In this document: positions 36,029-49,621 of the stretch, piece by piece
Position numbering within the stretch: the stretch's first letter is position 1
How the letters are laid out: each line of letters opens with the position of its first letter
Assembly: GCF_006345805.1 (NCBI RefSeq)
Contig: NC_043008.1
Coordinates: 57,784,001 to 57,848,000, forward strand
Source of the DNA: Octopus sinensis
Taxonomy: Eukaryota
Direction: 5' to 3'
Length of the DNA: 64,000 nucleotides
Notes under the pieces: generated by a model
The model's database searches: none
What the model saw: only the letters and a program-made list of their open reading frames with translations
Told to the model about the DNA's origin: nothing
Program-made: the position numbers and the translations under genes

Positions 36029-37150
36029 CAGGGTGTGGTGAATAAACTGTCGTCCAAGTTATGCAAAAATGAAAATAATACTGACATCTCATTTTAACAG
36101 ATATATTTACCAAAATAACATAAAAATATCTTGAAATACTAAAGAGTAAATATATTCAATAAAATCACTATTGGCTTCAACAACAGCCTCCAGACGACTT
36201 TGGAATCTCCTGCGACTCTTCTGGACAGTCTCCTTTTTAAGTTAGTGAATACTGCCATAATCCTTGCCTCATCTTTGATGTTACAAGGAGTTTTGTTGGT
36301 CTTGTTGCAGTCTGTGGAGTTAGGTGGCCAAATGTTAGTGGGTGATGTGGTCACAGGAATTGTCTAACAGCCATGACTGGGTTCTCCTGCTTGTGTGGCA
36401 TGGTACAGAGTCCTGTTTCCAGACAGAATCTTCCAACAGCCTCCCTCTTCACCCAGAGCAAGATTACCTCCTGAAGGCACTTGATGCAGGCCTCTGTGTT
36501 GAGTCTGAGGCTGTGTGGGAAGATGAATGGAAGCATAATGTCGCCATCACTAGTGATCGCCCCAAACACTATGATGTTGACTGGATGTTTGGTCCTCAGA
36601 TTGATACCCAAACACTTTGAAATGTTCGTATTGGAACTTCTGGCATGAATCCCAAGCATTGCAGCATGTCATTTCCAAATTTCTGGCAGAGTGAATTGTG
36701 TCATGGTGCTGTTTTCCTGACAGATGGTGCCCAACTGCTCTTACTTTTAAAAACTAGCACTATGGCCCGGCAATACCGGATCGTAATGCCAGTGCATGCA
36801 TATACAGCTGCATACGTGCGCACGTACACGCGCTACTGTCCAAATCTCCGACCAATCACATACAGCTAGCTGGCATTCAATTGGCGTATCAAGTTTCGGG
36901 CATTTTAATTGGGTTTAGGATAGAAAATTCACAAAATAGTCACTTCTATTGATTTTTTAATGGCTTTGCAGGGTGACTGGGGAAATGTAAAGATGTGCAC
37001 GACCACCTTTGGACGGTTTTGAATGACCATAGAAAGTGTGAGTCCTCTAACTGAAAAATTGTGGATTTGTATAAAGGACACGCATGCAGACATTTTGCCG
37101 TTTATATATAAAAAGTATAAAATGGAGACAATTTTCCCATTGCACTCTGT
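36029..37150 (-). mobile_element. Decayed maT (DD37D-like) Tc1/mariner element with a nested second-family HINE (36753-37115)
   Basis: TA-flanked degenerate TIRs CAGGGTG.../...CACTCTG; KHPVNIIVFGAITSDG and IWPPNSTDCN motifs. Confidence 0.75.
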
Positions 37151-37152
37151 AT

Positions 37153-37194
<42 letters not shown>

Positions 37195-37214
37195 GTATGT
37201 AATCTTTTTTTCAG

Positions 37215-37355
37215 CTGAATGTATGTGAGGAAGTCTTGGAGAGAGAAGGAGTATATGGCTATGTTACTGTGGAAGAGTTCATTTTAGATTTAATACCACT
37301 TGACCGAGATGTTTTGTCTTTGGAATTATCCGATTTCCTGCCAAGATTTTATTTG
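37215..37355 (+). CDS. VPS33B: VPS33B coding exon 5 (LNVCEEVLEREGVYG...LIPLDRDVLSLELSDFLPRFYL)
   Basis: Poly-T CAG acceptor, GTAAGT donor, 141 nt; PLDxDxLSxEL Sec1 motif. Confidence 0.94.
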
Positions 37356-38880
37356 GTAAGTTGAATTGAGTACAATTTCTTAAAAGACATAAGACATCAT
37401 TAATTTCAAATTCGTACTACAGAACTGTAACACACACACACACACACACACTGGACAAATCTAGCTTCTCACTCCAATTTTACAAATAAACAATAACATC
37501 ACTGAAATCTTGAAGTTATGAGATAACGCATGATTAATTCAAAACAATTTGAATAAATAAACATTACATTTAAAAAAATAATTTGAATGCTAAAGGTTTA
37601 AACATTGAATGTCAAGTGGAAGTCCACCAGAGTAAAACGATAATCAAAGAGGTCCATAGGCTAAAAAACGGTTTTGAGAACCCCTGAGTTAGATAATAAT
37701 AGTAATGTAATACACTGATTATTTCTACTCAGAATATTTTGTCTAAACCAGTTACATAAAGTAGAGGTGGGTCCATACCAACATGGTAAAATCTCTTTCA
37801 TTCATTCATTCATCATCATCATCATCATCGTTTAACGTCCGCTTTCCATGCCGGCATGAGTTGGATGGTTTGACTGAGGGCTGGCAAGCCAGAAGGCTGC
37901 ACCAGGTTCCAATTTGATGTGGCAAAGCTTCTACAGCTGGATGCCCTTCCTAATACCAACCACTCTGAGAGCGTAGTGGGTGCTTTTTACATGCCACCAA
38001 CACGAGGGCCAGTCAGGTGGTACTGGCATCGACCACACTTGAATGGTGCTTTTTACATGCCACCAGCACAGGAGCCATTCATAAATGCTCTTCTCAGCCT
38101 TCTTTCTCAGATATTCTCCCTGAACTGCTATTATACACACCGTATTTTCTTGCATTCAAGTCAAATTTATCAGACCAAAATTTATAGCTCAAAAGCTAGG
38201 TCAACTTTATACACCAAGATGACTTTGGAGGATCAAACATTCTATGTTTGGAGGATCCAGAAAGACAGTAATGATGTTTGAATGTTTACAACCAGTTGTT
38301 TGCACTATATACTTCACTGATTTTATCATCATCATTATTCATCATCGTCATCGTTTAATGTCCTCCTTCCATGCTGGCATGGGTTGCACGGTTTAACAAG
38401 AGCTGGCCAGGCAGGAGCCTGTACCATGCATCTGTGTCTGTTTTGGCATGTTTTTTATGGCTGGATGCCTTTCTTAACACCAACCACTCCGCTGAAAAAT
38501 ATGATACAAAAATCTATAATTATCTCATTCTTCTCCAATCACTACAACAACTTGACTGGCTTCTGTACCGGTGGCACGTAAAATGCACCAACCCAATCGT
38601 GGCCGTTGCCAGCCTCGCCTGGCACCTGTGCTGGTGGCACGTAAAAAGCACCCACTACACTCACAGAGTGGTTGGCGTTAGGAAGGGCATCCAGCTGTAG
38701 AAACACTGCCAGATCAGACTGGAGCCTGGTGCAGCCTCCTGGCTTCCCAGATTCCCGGTCAAACAATCCAACCCATGCTAGCATGGAGAACGGACGTTAA
38801 ACGATGATGATGATGACGACGATGATGATGAAAAAGAATCCAATACATTTGTGTAATTAAGAAATGATTTGTTTTTTCAG

Positions 38881-38985
38881 CATAATGATTTTACCTGGTT
38901 AAATACTGTTGCGAAGTCATTGGTTCATTTCCAGTCAGTCTATAGACAAATACCATTTGTCTGTGGTATTGGAAGAGCAGCTAAG
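38881..38985 (+). CDS. VPS33B: VPS33B coding exon 6 (HNDFTWLNTVAKSL...GIGRAAK)
   Basis: TTTTTTCAG acceptor, AAG|GTAAAT donor, 105 nt. Confidence 0.94.
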
Positions 38986-39059
38986 GTAAATGAAATTATT
39001 TTACTTCTTTCAGACTATTTGATTGTGTTAAAAATTAAGATTTGAGGGAACAAACTCCC

Positions 39060-39584
39060 TTAACCCTTTCACTACTGTATTTATTTTGAGATGCTCTGTG
39101 TTTCTTTCAATTAATTTTAAACTAGCAGTATTGCCCGGCGTTGCTCGGGTTTGTAAGGGAAATAACTATATAAGCATTTTTAGAGAGTTACTTCCCTTAT
39201 ATAAACCGAGCAAAAATGCATTAGAAATGCAGAAAAATGATGGTAAATTTTTTTTTTAATCGTAGTCTCATCGTAGACGCACGCTAATACCCAGAAGGGC
39301 TCGATATGAATCACGACTATAAGATACCCACTTTTGGTTAAACTGCACCACAAAATGTGGGAGTAGTTAGGAATCTAAATCGGAGTAGACAGACACACAC
39401 AACTTCAGTTTTATATATAAAGATACAACAAAGAATTTAATAAAATAACTTTGTTATCATTAAGCTAGTGCTAGGAACGTAAATTGTGACTAAGGTTTAG
39501 TGGAAGATTTTAATTCAAAACTTATGAAAACAAGACATTTGTACTCAGAGCTGGTTTCAGCCGGGTTGGTAACGAAAGGGTGAA
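39060..39584. mobile_element. TTAA-type MITE with nested HINE (39121-39424)
   Basis: TTAACCCTTTC ... GTAACGAAAGGG; uninterrupted sibling at 49092-49320 and partial copy at 45643-45820. Confidence 0.75.
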
Positions 39585-40673
39585 TCCTTTCTTTTATTTA
39601 TACATTTATTTACTTGCCAGAATCTCTTCTTATCTACTTTATAGGCACAGGTGTACTGTGTGGTAAGAAGTTTGCTTCCCAACCACATGGTTCCAGGTTC
39701 AGTCCCACTGCAATTACTACATAGTTTTCTCTTCTAAAAATGCACACAAATACAGGCTCAATGTGGCTCCTGATAAACAGTAAAAGTAATTACCCAATCA
39801 TCGATGGGTTTTATTGCTAGTAATAATAATAAAAATAATAATCGTAACATATAATTGCCAACCAAGTGTGGTGTCCTATACGGGACAGTGCTACTGGCAT
39901 TTTTAGCCCCAGGAAGACATCTCTTCCAGCTGGCTAATGACACACATTCTGTGTCCGATTAGTATTTGTGAGGGGAGGTCATCGCCCTCATCCCTAACCT
40001 TACATGATACACATGTACTCAAGTTTCTGGTTACCCGTCCTCAGTGTGTGTTAAACACTCCACTTGCAAAATACTATATGCTTTTTCCAGTGACAAACTG
40101 CCGCTGATCTTGAAAAAGGAGAAATAAGCTATATTAAATCTCTGAGTGAGATGTAAACAGTAGCAATATGGAATTGCAACATGTAATTGCCAACCAAGTG
40201 TGGCGTCTTATAATGTTTTCAAATTTTGCCACAAGGGCAGCCATTTTCGGGCGGGGGTGGATGTGTTGATTACATTGGCCCTAGTGTTCAACTGGTACTT
40301 ATTTTATTGATCCTGAAAGGATGAAGGGCAAAGTCGACCTCAGCAGAATTTCAACTCAGAACATAGCAGCAGACAAAATACCACTAAGCATGTCACCTGG
40401 TGTGCTAACAATTCCACCAGCTCGAATAACACCAACAAACTAAAAGTAACATGATATACTGAATAAAATAAGAATACTACATTACACTGATGGAATAGGA
40501 GAATAGAATAGGAACATAAACTTAAATACATTAGCGACTTATTGACCTAATTTCGGACAGCAAGTGGCTTGTTTTCTCACCAGCCATGTAGGAAAGTTCA
40601 ACATTTAGGTTATTTTTAGATACATGAACAATTTTGGTTGGACAAGTTCTCTGTTCAGATGGTATCTGAAATG

Positions 40674-41168
40674 TACTGTAAATCCTCGAGTATAATCCGC
40701 ACTTTTTACCAAAATCTAATGGTCAAAATCCCTAGTGTGTACTATATACAAGGTTAAAAATGAAAAATATTTTCTAAGCAATGTCCGAGTCTCTATTTGC
40801 TGTCCGGCAATGTTTATTCAGACACATTTTGTGATGTCGGGCAAGAAAATACCTTAAGCTAAGCCTGAAAGCAATGAAGTCATAAAAGAGTCATCTATAA
40901 CTTGCAGTAAGCAACATTTATTAAATGTTATTACTGTTATTTCTTTGTTTTCTGCAAACAAAATGCACAAAAAAGCTACATGTTTGCATTATGTTATATA
41001 TACAATAATAATAAAGGACGTTACCGTATACATTTTTACAAACCAAAGATGTTATATAGACCTCCTTGACTCAAGTTAGAGAAGGGGTGCGTATTATACA
41101 CAAAGTTTAGGTTTTTCAGAGGTACAACCTCCTAAAAATCCCCTGCGTATTATACTCAAGGGTGGATT
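40674..41168 (+). mobile_element. Tc2/pogo-like MITE
   Basis: TACTGTAAATCCTCGAGTATAATCCGCAC terminus; subterminal GTGCGTATTATAC motifs at the other end. Confidence 0.55.
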
Positions 41169-41670
41169 GTGTTTGTCCCCCCCCCCCCAACATCGCTTGA
41201 CAACTGAGATCGATAGAATAAGTCTAGGTTTACAAAGAATAAGTCCCGGGGTCGATTTGCTCGACTAAAGGCAGTGCTCCAGCATGGCCATAGTCAAATG
41301 ACTGAAACAAGTAAAAGAGTAAAAAAGCTGAAAATTGGAAATAAATACCTTCTGTACCATGTATATCTATCTGTCTGTCTATCTATCTATACACACACAC
41401 ATACATACACACACATATGTACACACATGTACACACACACACACACACACACAAAATGGCTTCTGCACAGTTTCTGCCTACCAATTCCACTCACAAAGCA
41501 TTGATCTACTTGAGGCTATAGTAAAAGACACTTGCCCAAGATGCCCTGCAACTGGACCAGACCCAAAACCACATGACTGCTAAGCAAAGTGCTTAACCAC
41601 CGCACAACCAGACCTGTACCTATTTAATGTTCTTTTCTTCTTTTTCTGTTTCTTATATTTTCATGGCTAG

Positions 41671-41764
41671 AAAATACATGAAATGATGTTATCAATGACA
41701 GAATATCATCAGAAAACTGAAGATGAGCATTTTGAGATTGGAAAGCTGTTTATCATAGACAGAG
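41671..41764 (+). CDS. VPS33B: VPS33B coding exon 7 (KIHEMMLSMTEYHQKTEDEHFEIGKLFIIDR)
   Basis: Long pyrimidine tract then CTAG; GAG|GTATAT donor; 94 nt, phase 0/1. Confidence 0.9.
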
Positions 41765-42368
41765 GTATATATTTATATTTTATTTTGTACTGCTTCGTAT
41801 GCCCCACACGTCTTCACCACCATGTTCTCTCTCCTTCTCCTCTCTTCTCTCTTTTTCCAACTGGGGAAACCATGTATCTCCTCTACGGCAGGATGCCTAT
41901 TTCTGCCTTCCTATCATACCTTAACCTCACATTGCTTGACACAAAGCCTCCTTCATCAATATTTTCTTCAATACTATTCCTCCTCTTATTTGAGGTTTTT
42001 TGTCCTGCAAATTATTTGGTGACCTCACTGGTGTTGGTACCATGTAAAAAAACACCAAGTACAATCTGTAAAGTGGCTGGCATTAGAAAGGTCATCCAGC
42101 TGTAGAAGCCATGCCAAGGCAGACAATAGAACTTGGTGCAGTCCTCTGGCTTGCCAGCTCCTGTCAAACCGTCCAACTCATATCAGCTCCTGTCAAACTT
42201 TCCAACCCATGCCAGCATGGAAAACAGACATTAGACAGTGGCGATCATCATCACCACCAAGAGCAAGAAATCATTATTGATTTTTTTCATCTAGAATATA
42301 TTTTTAGACTCTTTGCGTGAACTGTTTTGTTCATATAATTTCTATCCTTTGTTTTTCTTTCATTTTAG

Positions 42369-42446
42369 ATGTAGATTTTGTGACACCTCTTTCTTCACAG
42401 TTAACATATGAAGGAATCTTAGATGAAACATTCGGAATACAAAGTG
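42369..42446 (+). CDS. VPS33B: VPS33B coding exon 8 (DVDFVTPLSSQLTYEGILDETFGIQS)
   Basis: TTTTAG acceptor, GTAAGT donor, 78 nt; hallmark Sec1 motif TPLxxQLTYEG. Confidence 0.96.
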
Positions 42447-42639
42447 GTAAGTTATACAAAACAAATTATCGTTTTATTGTTGTTGTCACTAAAGGCAGTG
42501 AGCAGGTTGAATCATGAGTGTGTTGATCAAAATGCTAAGCAGCATTTGTTCCACCTTGAGTTAAAGTCCTGCTCAGATCAACTTTGCCATTCATCTTTTT
42601 AGGGTTGCTGGCATAAAACCACCTCCCTCAGTACCACTC

Positions 42640-43110
42640 AGGCCTACATCAAGTGCCTGGAGGAGGTGCTGCTGCCTTGGATCAAGAGGGTGGCAGCTGG
42701 AAGACCCTGTGTCTGGCAACAGGACCATGTACCATGACACACAAGCAGGAGAACCCAGTCATGGCTGTCAGACAATTCCTGCGACCACATCACCCCTAAC
42801 CTCTGGCTACCTAACTCCACACACCTTAACCCCCTTGATTATTTTGTGTGGGGCGCAGTTGAGTGAGAGACCAACAAAACTCCTTGTAACAAAGACGAAC
42901 AGAAGGCAAGGATTATGGCAGCATTCACCAACTTAAACAAGGAGACCATCCAGAAGTGTTGCAGGAGATTCCGAAGTCATCTGGAGGCCATGGTTGAAGC
43001 CAATGGCGATTTTATTGAATAAATTTACTCTTTAGTATTTCAAGATTTTTTATATAATTTTAGTAAATATATCTGTTAAAATGAAATGTCAGTGCTATTT
43101 TCATTTTTGT
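42640..43110 (+). mobile_element. maT-like transposase 3' fragment, sibling of 36029-37150 in opposite orientation
   Basis: YIKCLEEVLLPWIKRVAAGRPCVWQQD...NPLDYFVWGAVE...EANGDFIE*. Confidence 0.8.
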
Positions 43111-44355
43111 CTAACCCTAACCCTAACCCTGTGTGTGTGTGTGTGCGCACATTCATGCATGTGCGTGTGTGCTTTCCTGTCAGTTCTCATCCAGACTTAT
43201 CTCCATTGTAGGTGGGTCAGGCACCATATCTTGATCATACTTTCAGTTTTGGTATGGCTTCTATGGCTGGACTCCCTTCCTGAAACCAGCCAGCATTTGA
43301 GAGCTTACCTTGTTCCTGGCATGTCTAAAGCATCTCTCTACCCTGTGTTATTGCCATTTGTTTGTTCACCAGCACCAGAGGTATTGTCTTGATCCCCAAC
43401 AAGACTTATGAAAGTTGCTTCTTCCTTGTGACGTCTCCATTTGTGTGTTCATTTCTTCCCCACACGTCTGAGTTGAAAAAGAGTAAGAGCAAGATAGACA
43501 GAGCGATAGAATAGTAACAGAAGAGAATCCGAGTGAGAGGGTGATAAAAATGAGAGTAATGGAAAATAGAGAAAATGTGATAGACAGCTATATAAATGTT
43601 GTTGGTAAGGAGATTGAATAGAAGCATGGCTGTTAGGGTGATACAAGAGAGAGTGATGTAAAGAGGGAGTGATAGAAAGGCGGCGAGCTGGCAGAAACGT
43701 TAGCACACTGGGTGAAATGCCTAGCAGTATTTTGTCTGTCTACGTTCTGAGTTCAAATTCCGCCAAAGTTGGACTTTGCCTTTCATCCTTTCAGGGTCAA
43801 TAAATTAAGTACCAGTTACACACTGGGGTCGAGGTAATCGACTTAATCCCTTTGTCTGTCCTTGTTTGTCCCTTCTATGTTTAGCCCCTTGTGGGCAATA
43901 AAGAAATAAGAAGAGGGAGTGATGTAGGGAGTCTGTGCATTTCAATTTGTGAAGTAAACCCATTCTTGTTTCTATTTTCTATAAACATATTCATTATTAT
44001 CATCTTCATTTTTAATCTTTATAACCCCCCTCCTCTTCCTCTTGATCATCATTGTCATCACCATGATGTATTACATGTTAATAATATCTCATATTAAGGT
44101 GGCAAGCTGGCAGAATTGTTAAACCTCTAGGCAAAATGTTCAGTGACATTTCACCCGTCTTTAATTTCTGAGCTCAAATTCTGCTAGGGTTGACTTTGTC
44201 TTTCGTCCTTTCTGGGCCAATAAAATGAGTACCGGTTGATCATTGGAAATCGATGTAATTGACTTATCCCCAACCCCCAAATTTGATGACCTTTTGCCAA
44301 AATTTGAAACCAATAATATCTCATATTCTGTGTGTCTTCTGTTTGTATTGTCTAG

Positions 44356-44429
44356 GTTATATAGAGTTCACGAAGGAAATCACAGGGAAAGACAAACCTA
44401 CCAGAGTACTGCTGTCCCATCAAGATGAA
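44356..44429 (+). CDS. VPS33B: VPS33B coding exon 9 (GYIEFTKEITGKDKPTRVLLSHQDE)
   Basis: TCTAG acceptor, GTAAGT donor, 74 nt, phase 1/0. Confidence 0.92.
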
Positions 44430-44921
44430 GTAAGTATATTAGTCACTGACTGCTGGTCATGAAACCTGTAACTTATTGAGGAAAGTGGGAGAAATACATT
44501 TATATCACTTAGAATACAGAATTCTTTCTCAAGTGTACTGTACCCTAAGGGAATTGAAGGCAAGAAATGGTTCTAACAAGAAAGTGAAACCAAATTGCTG
44601 ACTTGGTTTGATGGAAAGTTAATGCTGTAATAAATCCTCCTCCTCCTGCCCACAGCTCTTTGTTGTGAAAGCAAAGAGCTGTGGGTTTGAGTCCCATGCC
44701 TACAGAAAACCCTGCTTTATTCTGTCAAGATTTTAATGCCCCAATATTAGACTATTTTCTTTAGTCATTACATGGTGGTCACTTATAAGCTTTAAGCTTA
44801 TGAAATATTATTATTATTATTACTTTTTTTTTTTTACAGAATTGTAAAAACCGACACTGGTTACCAAAAACCATTGTTTTAAAAAATGTTTTTCAACAAA
44901 ATTTTCCATCCATTTTTGCAG

Positions 44922-45008
44922 ATATATGACCAAATAAGAAACAAGCATTTTTCTACAGTTTTTGAGTTTCTCAGTTGGAAGGTGAAAGAAGTTCAAAGTG
45001 GTTATGAT
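44922..45008 (+). CDS. VPS33B: VPS33B coding exon 10 (IYDQIRNKHFSTVFEFLSWKVKEVQSGYD)
   Basis: TTTTGCAG acceptor, GTGAGT donor, 87 nt. Confidence 0.94.
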
Positions 45009-46104
45009 GTGAGTATATCATCAAAAAAAAAAAAAACTTTTAAGTTCAAATTTTAAAAACAGATAAGGTGTTGGCCTGCCAAATCTTAGTTTATGAATTC
45101 ATATTTGCTGCTGGTATTTTATAGAAATTTTGAAGTCATTTAATTCTATACATTTTTAAGTCATTCAATTTTACAGATTTAATTCTGCACGTGTATGCAA
45201 TGAAAACTGTATGCAATAAGTTCGCTATTATTATTGAAAATCACCCCTGGCACTGCCAGCCTCCCCTGGTGCTGCCAGCCTCCCCTGGCACCTGTGCTGG
45301 TGGCACGTAAAAAGCACCCACGACACTCACGGAGTGGTTGGCGTTAGGAAGGGCATCCAGCTGTAGAAACACTGCCAGATCAGACTGGAGCCTGGTGCAG
45401 CTTCCTGGCTTCCCAGACACCGGTCGAACTGTCCAACCCATGCTAGTACGAAAAACGGACGTTAAATGATGATGATGATGTTGTTTCATCATTTTGTGTA
45501 AGTACCAAGAAATTTGATGATTTGGAGGGTATTTCTACTCAGTTGTTTAATTTGGTAGAAATATCAGCCAAATCCTCCTCAGATCACACCCCACTGTCTT
45601 CATATGAAAAGGATATATTAGATAATGTAGCCATTGATTGCTTTAACCCTTTCGTTACTGTATTTATTTTGAGATGCTCTGTGTTTCTTTCAATTACTTT
45701 AAATATAACAAAGAATTTAGTAAAATAACTTAGTTATCATTAAGCTAATGTTAGGAACATAAATTGTGACTAAGGTTTGATTTTAATTCAAAACTTATGA
45801 AGATTTTAATTCAAAACTTACCACATAGCCACTCCTGTATATTTTTAGACTAACATTGTAGGGTTGATGTGAGAGGCTGGATCCAGCCACTTTGAACATA
45901 ACGCAGGAAGAATATTTTGGCTGGGTATGGCTGGTTTAAATGCTAAAGGGTTAACTAATTCATGGAATAAAAAAAAAAGGAAGCCCCCCCCCCACTCAGT
46001 ATTGTTGTCAGGGGAATAGCTAGATTGTGGCCAATATATTGTAATGTGGTTTGTGAAAAAGAAAAAATAGTTAATGGTTAATTATTCTAATGTTTTCATT
46101 TCAG

Positions 46105-46198
46105 AAAAGACATTCTCTGACCACGGTTGGTGCCATGAAGAATTTTGTATCAAATGAACTTAAGGACCTGAGTCATCGGCACAAAACCCTTGCATATC
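46105..46198 (+). CDS. VPS33B: VPS33B coding exon 11 (KRHSLTTVGAMKNFVSNELKDLSHRHKTLAY)
   Basis: TTTCAG acceptor, GTAAGT donor, 94 nt, phase 0/1. Confidence 0.94.
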
Positions 46199-47460
46199 GT
46201 AAGTATGTCTTTGTCTTGTGGTTTACTGACTAGATTGCCAGAGAGTGTAGTGGGCTGCCACATGTGCTGAGATGTCACATATTGAGTTTGATGTTGTATT
46301 TGCTACTAGACTGGTACATGTGGTGATCTATCACTTCTTTGTTTGCAGTCACATGTTGTAGTATCGGGCTGTCACACATAGTGAACTTTAACATGTAGTG
46401 ATCTGTTACATATTGTAATGGACTGCCACATGTAGCGAACAGACACATGTAGCAAACAGACACATGTGGTGGACTGCTTCATGTTGTAGGCTGTCACTCA
46501 TTGTTGTGAATTGCTACATGTTGTGAATGCAGATGCCATCCTTTCAGCTCATAATTGAAACCAGTCTTTGTTCCTGACGAGCAACTAATTTGCATTTTGG
46601 TATTCACTGTGTCTGCTAACATGGATATATGCACAGAGAGACGCAAACACTCACATACATGCAGTTGAATACAGAGAAACTATTGAGTTTGTGTTGCAAT
46701 TAAGTATATTTAAACCTGTGCAGTACACATAGGTGCAGGAGTGGCTGTGTGGTAAGTAGCTTGCTTACCAACCACATGGCTCCGGTTTCAGTTCCACTGC
46801 ATGGCACCTTGGGCAAGTGACTTCTACTATAGCCTTGGATTTGGTAGATAGAAATTGAAAGAAGCCCGTCGTATATATGTATATGTATATGTCCAACCCA
46901 TGCTAGCATGGAAAACGGACGTTAAATGATGATGATATGTATATATATATGTGTGTGTATGTGTGTGTGTGTATGAGTGTTTGTCCTCCCAACATCGCTT
47001 GACAACCGATGCTGGTGTGTTTACTTGGAGGTTCGGCAAAAGAGACCGATAGGCTTACAAAGAATAAGTCCTGGGGTCGATTTGCTCGACTAAAGGCAGT
47101 GCTCCAGCATGGCCACAGTCAAATGACTGAAACAAGTAAAAGAGTAAAAGAGAGTAAAGAGTATACAAACTGATCAAATTGAACTATTTCCCCAAAGATT
47201 GAAACAAAATGATGGACATCCTTAATTGATTTTCAAACCTTATTGAGCTCTCATCAGTGATGTTTACATGATTTGACCAATATCAGAGAGATAAGCAGCC
47301 AATCTGTTTGTTTATTCAACAAATCCAGTAGCTACAGAAAACTGGAACAACTAATTTGCATACAATAAGTGTGTAACATTTTTATTTGATATCATCAGCC
47401 TGCCAATGGGAATCTCAGATCTGCATTGACTATGGTCCGTGTTTGTTTTTCATTTTTCAG

Positions 47461-47541
47461 ATATTGGAGCATGTGAAGTTGTTATGGCGAGAAAGACGAA
47501 AAGTTTTGAAAACTTTGAGGAAATCATGCAAACTGAACATA
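47461..47541 (+). CDS. VPS33B: VPS33B coding exon 12 (HIGACEVVMARKTKSFENFEEIMQTEH)
   Basis: TTTTTCAG acceptor, GTGAGA donor, 81 nt, phase 1/1. Confidence 0.93.
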
Positions 47542-47571
47542 GTGAGAGGTTTTTATTAAATATTTATTCCT

Positions 47572-48476
47572 TTGACCCTTTGACTGCATAATTTAATTTC
47601 ATGGTCATTACTGTAATGATGTTAATTATCCATCAAAATACTAGAATTTATATTTTCTACTTTCACAATAGTTTTTTTCATATCTCCTGCGGGTACATCT
47701 TTCATATCCATCACTAAAAGTATTTAATTCTTGCTCTATCAGGAAATATTTGATTAAATATGTGAAACAATTTAGCCCCTTGACAACGGTTGACACAAAT
47801 ATGCGATCACACTTTTGCTTGCCTACCTGCGGTTAACGTAAATATACGATGTAGAGCTGCAGTACATCTATCACAGACTTTGTAGCGGCTGACGTATGTT
47901 TACGTTCGTTATCATGTACTTTATCTCTTGAGGTGTGTGCGCTCGCTGTCCCTTGCATTATCTTAGCTATTTTAGGTTACGTTCAAGTCATGAGACTAGC
48001 AGTAGGCCAATGACATGCGGATACTTTACAAGCATAATACCGTGTTTTGAGTTGTACCACACGCAAGCTATTTTCCGAACTTGAGCAGAATAACTTGTGC
48101 ATATCATATTATGATAAATAGCTTCACATAGTTCGTTTTCATAAACCGGTAGACGTAAATGTACGATGCTATGTTATTTATTGTAAGGGTGAATGTAAAT
48201 AGACGCGAGCTCGTTGGCACTTATGTGTTTGTGTGGCCTCATTAGATAAAAAAACCAGAGCATTGTCTCGCATACTTTGGGTAATACCAGCGTCTAGAGG
48301 TTAAGAAAATTTGAAACATTGTCTTTCATAAAAAGTGTCAACGGGGATGTCACCTCTTCTCGTAGCATAAGGAAAATTTTTTTTTTTTCAAATCTGAGAG
48401 AGTAATGCCAATTTCCATAGTTAATAGTAATAAAATTTTAAGCAGATATATCCACTTTCTGCATTCAAAGGGTTAA
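47572..48476. mobile_element. Nested TTAA-type DNA elements (outer MITE plus CpG-rich inner element 47772-48304)
   Basis: Outer CCCTTTGA...TCAAAGGG-TTAA; inner CCCTTGAC...GTCTAGAGG-TTAA with repeated CGGTTAACGTAAATATACGAT-like motifs. Confidence 0.55.
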
Positions 48477-49556
48477 TACATCATTCCATTCACTTATTCC
48501 TCCTAATCTTTTATTCAACTGGTTTCATTGTTCTCCTAACTCTCATAAATAGTATATCTGGATGTAGTTTATTTTATGTTGATCTCATCAATTTTCTGAA
48601 TGATAGTGTTGTTTGTCAGATATAGGTTTCTTATTTCTTTATTGCCCACAAGGGGCTAAGCATAGAGGGGACAAACAAGGACAGACGAAGAGATTAAGTC
48701 AATTACATCGACTCCAGTGCGTAACTGGTACTTAATTTATCGACCCCGAAAGGATGAAAGGCAAAGTTGACCTTGGTGGAATTTGAACTCAGAACGTAAC
48801 AGCAGAAGAAATACTGCTAAGGCATAAATATCACTGCATCTAATTTTATTCTTCAGGGTCAATATGTTGTGGTTTAGCCCTAAGTATGCCCTAGTTGAGT
48901 AGATCTATAATCGAAGTTGTCTCAGTCACGGTCATCTTATCTGTTTTTCAAACATAATGAATCTAGGACTACATTGTCTAATCATTACTTGTGTAATTTG
49001 GAAGAGAATTGGTTGCTATTTTTAGTAAGTCTAGCAACTGAATAGATACCTTCATTGGCTCATCAGTAACATATAATCTTTCATTAATAGATTAACCCTT
49101 TTGTTACTAACCCGGCTGAAACTGGCTCTGGCTCTGAATACAAATGTCTTGTTTTCATAAGTTTTGAATTAAAATCTTCCACCAAACCTTAGTCACAATT
49201 TATGTTCCTAACACTAGCTTAATGATAACTAAGTTATTTTACTAAATTCTTTGTTATATTTAAAATTAATTGAAAGAAACACTGAACATCTCAAAATAAA
49301 TATAGTAACGAAAGGGTTAAGACAAATCAGGGGATCAGGATCAATTCTATTTGTCATCCCCTACACAAAGCAGTTAAACATACTGACTGTTGCTTCAGGA
49401 AAATAAAACTTCAGTTAATACTAAAATCAATGTTAAAAATGTATTCCTTTCTTTTTAAAATATAATGTTGAATGGTTTGAAACATCAACATTGCATCAAA
49501 TACTGTCTGGATTTCAGGATTGAATAACATTCCTTTATTTCTTCATTTCATTTCAG

Positions 49557-49621
49557 GTCTACTGGAAGGTAGCGATACAAAAGAAAACATTAATTTTATT
49601 GAAGAGTGTATCAACCGAAAG
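49557..49621 (+). CDS. VPS33B: VPS33B coding exon 13 (SLLEGSDTKENINFIEECINRK)
   Basis: TTTCAG acceptor, AAG|GTAGGT donor, 65 nt, phase 1/0. Confidence 0.93.

Noticed and set aside
40659-40673. Possible relic alternative exon 7 (CAG|ATGGTATCTGAAATG, MVSEM) cut by a MITE
   Set aside because: Only 5 codons of loose resemblance and no remainder found beyond the MITE; probably chance.
47216-47263. Minus-strand CTGATGA...GAAA hammerhead-like motif in intron 11
   Set aside because: Stem II is mostly wobble pairs and stem I is out of register; too degenerate to call.
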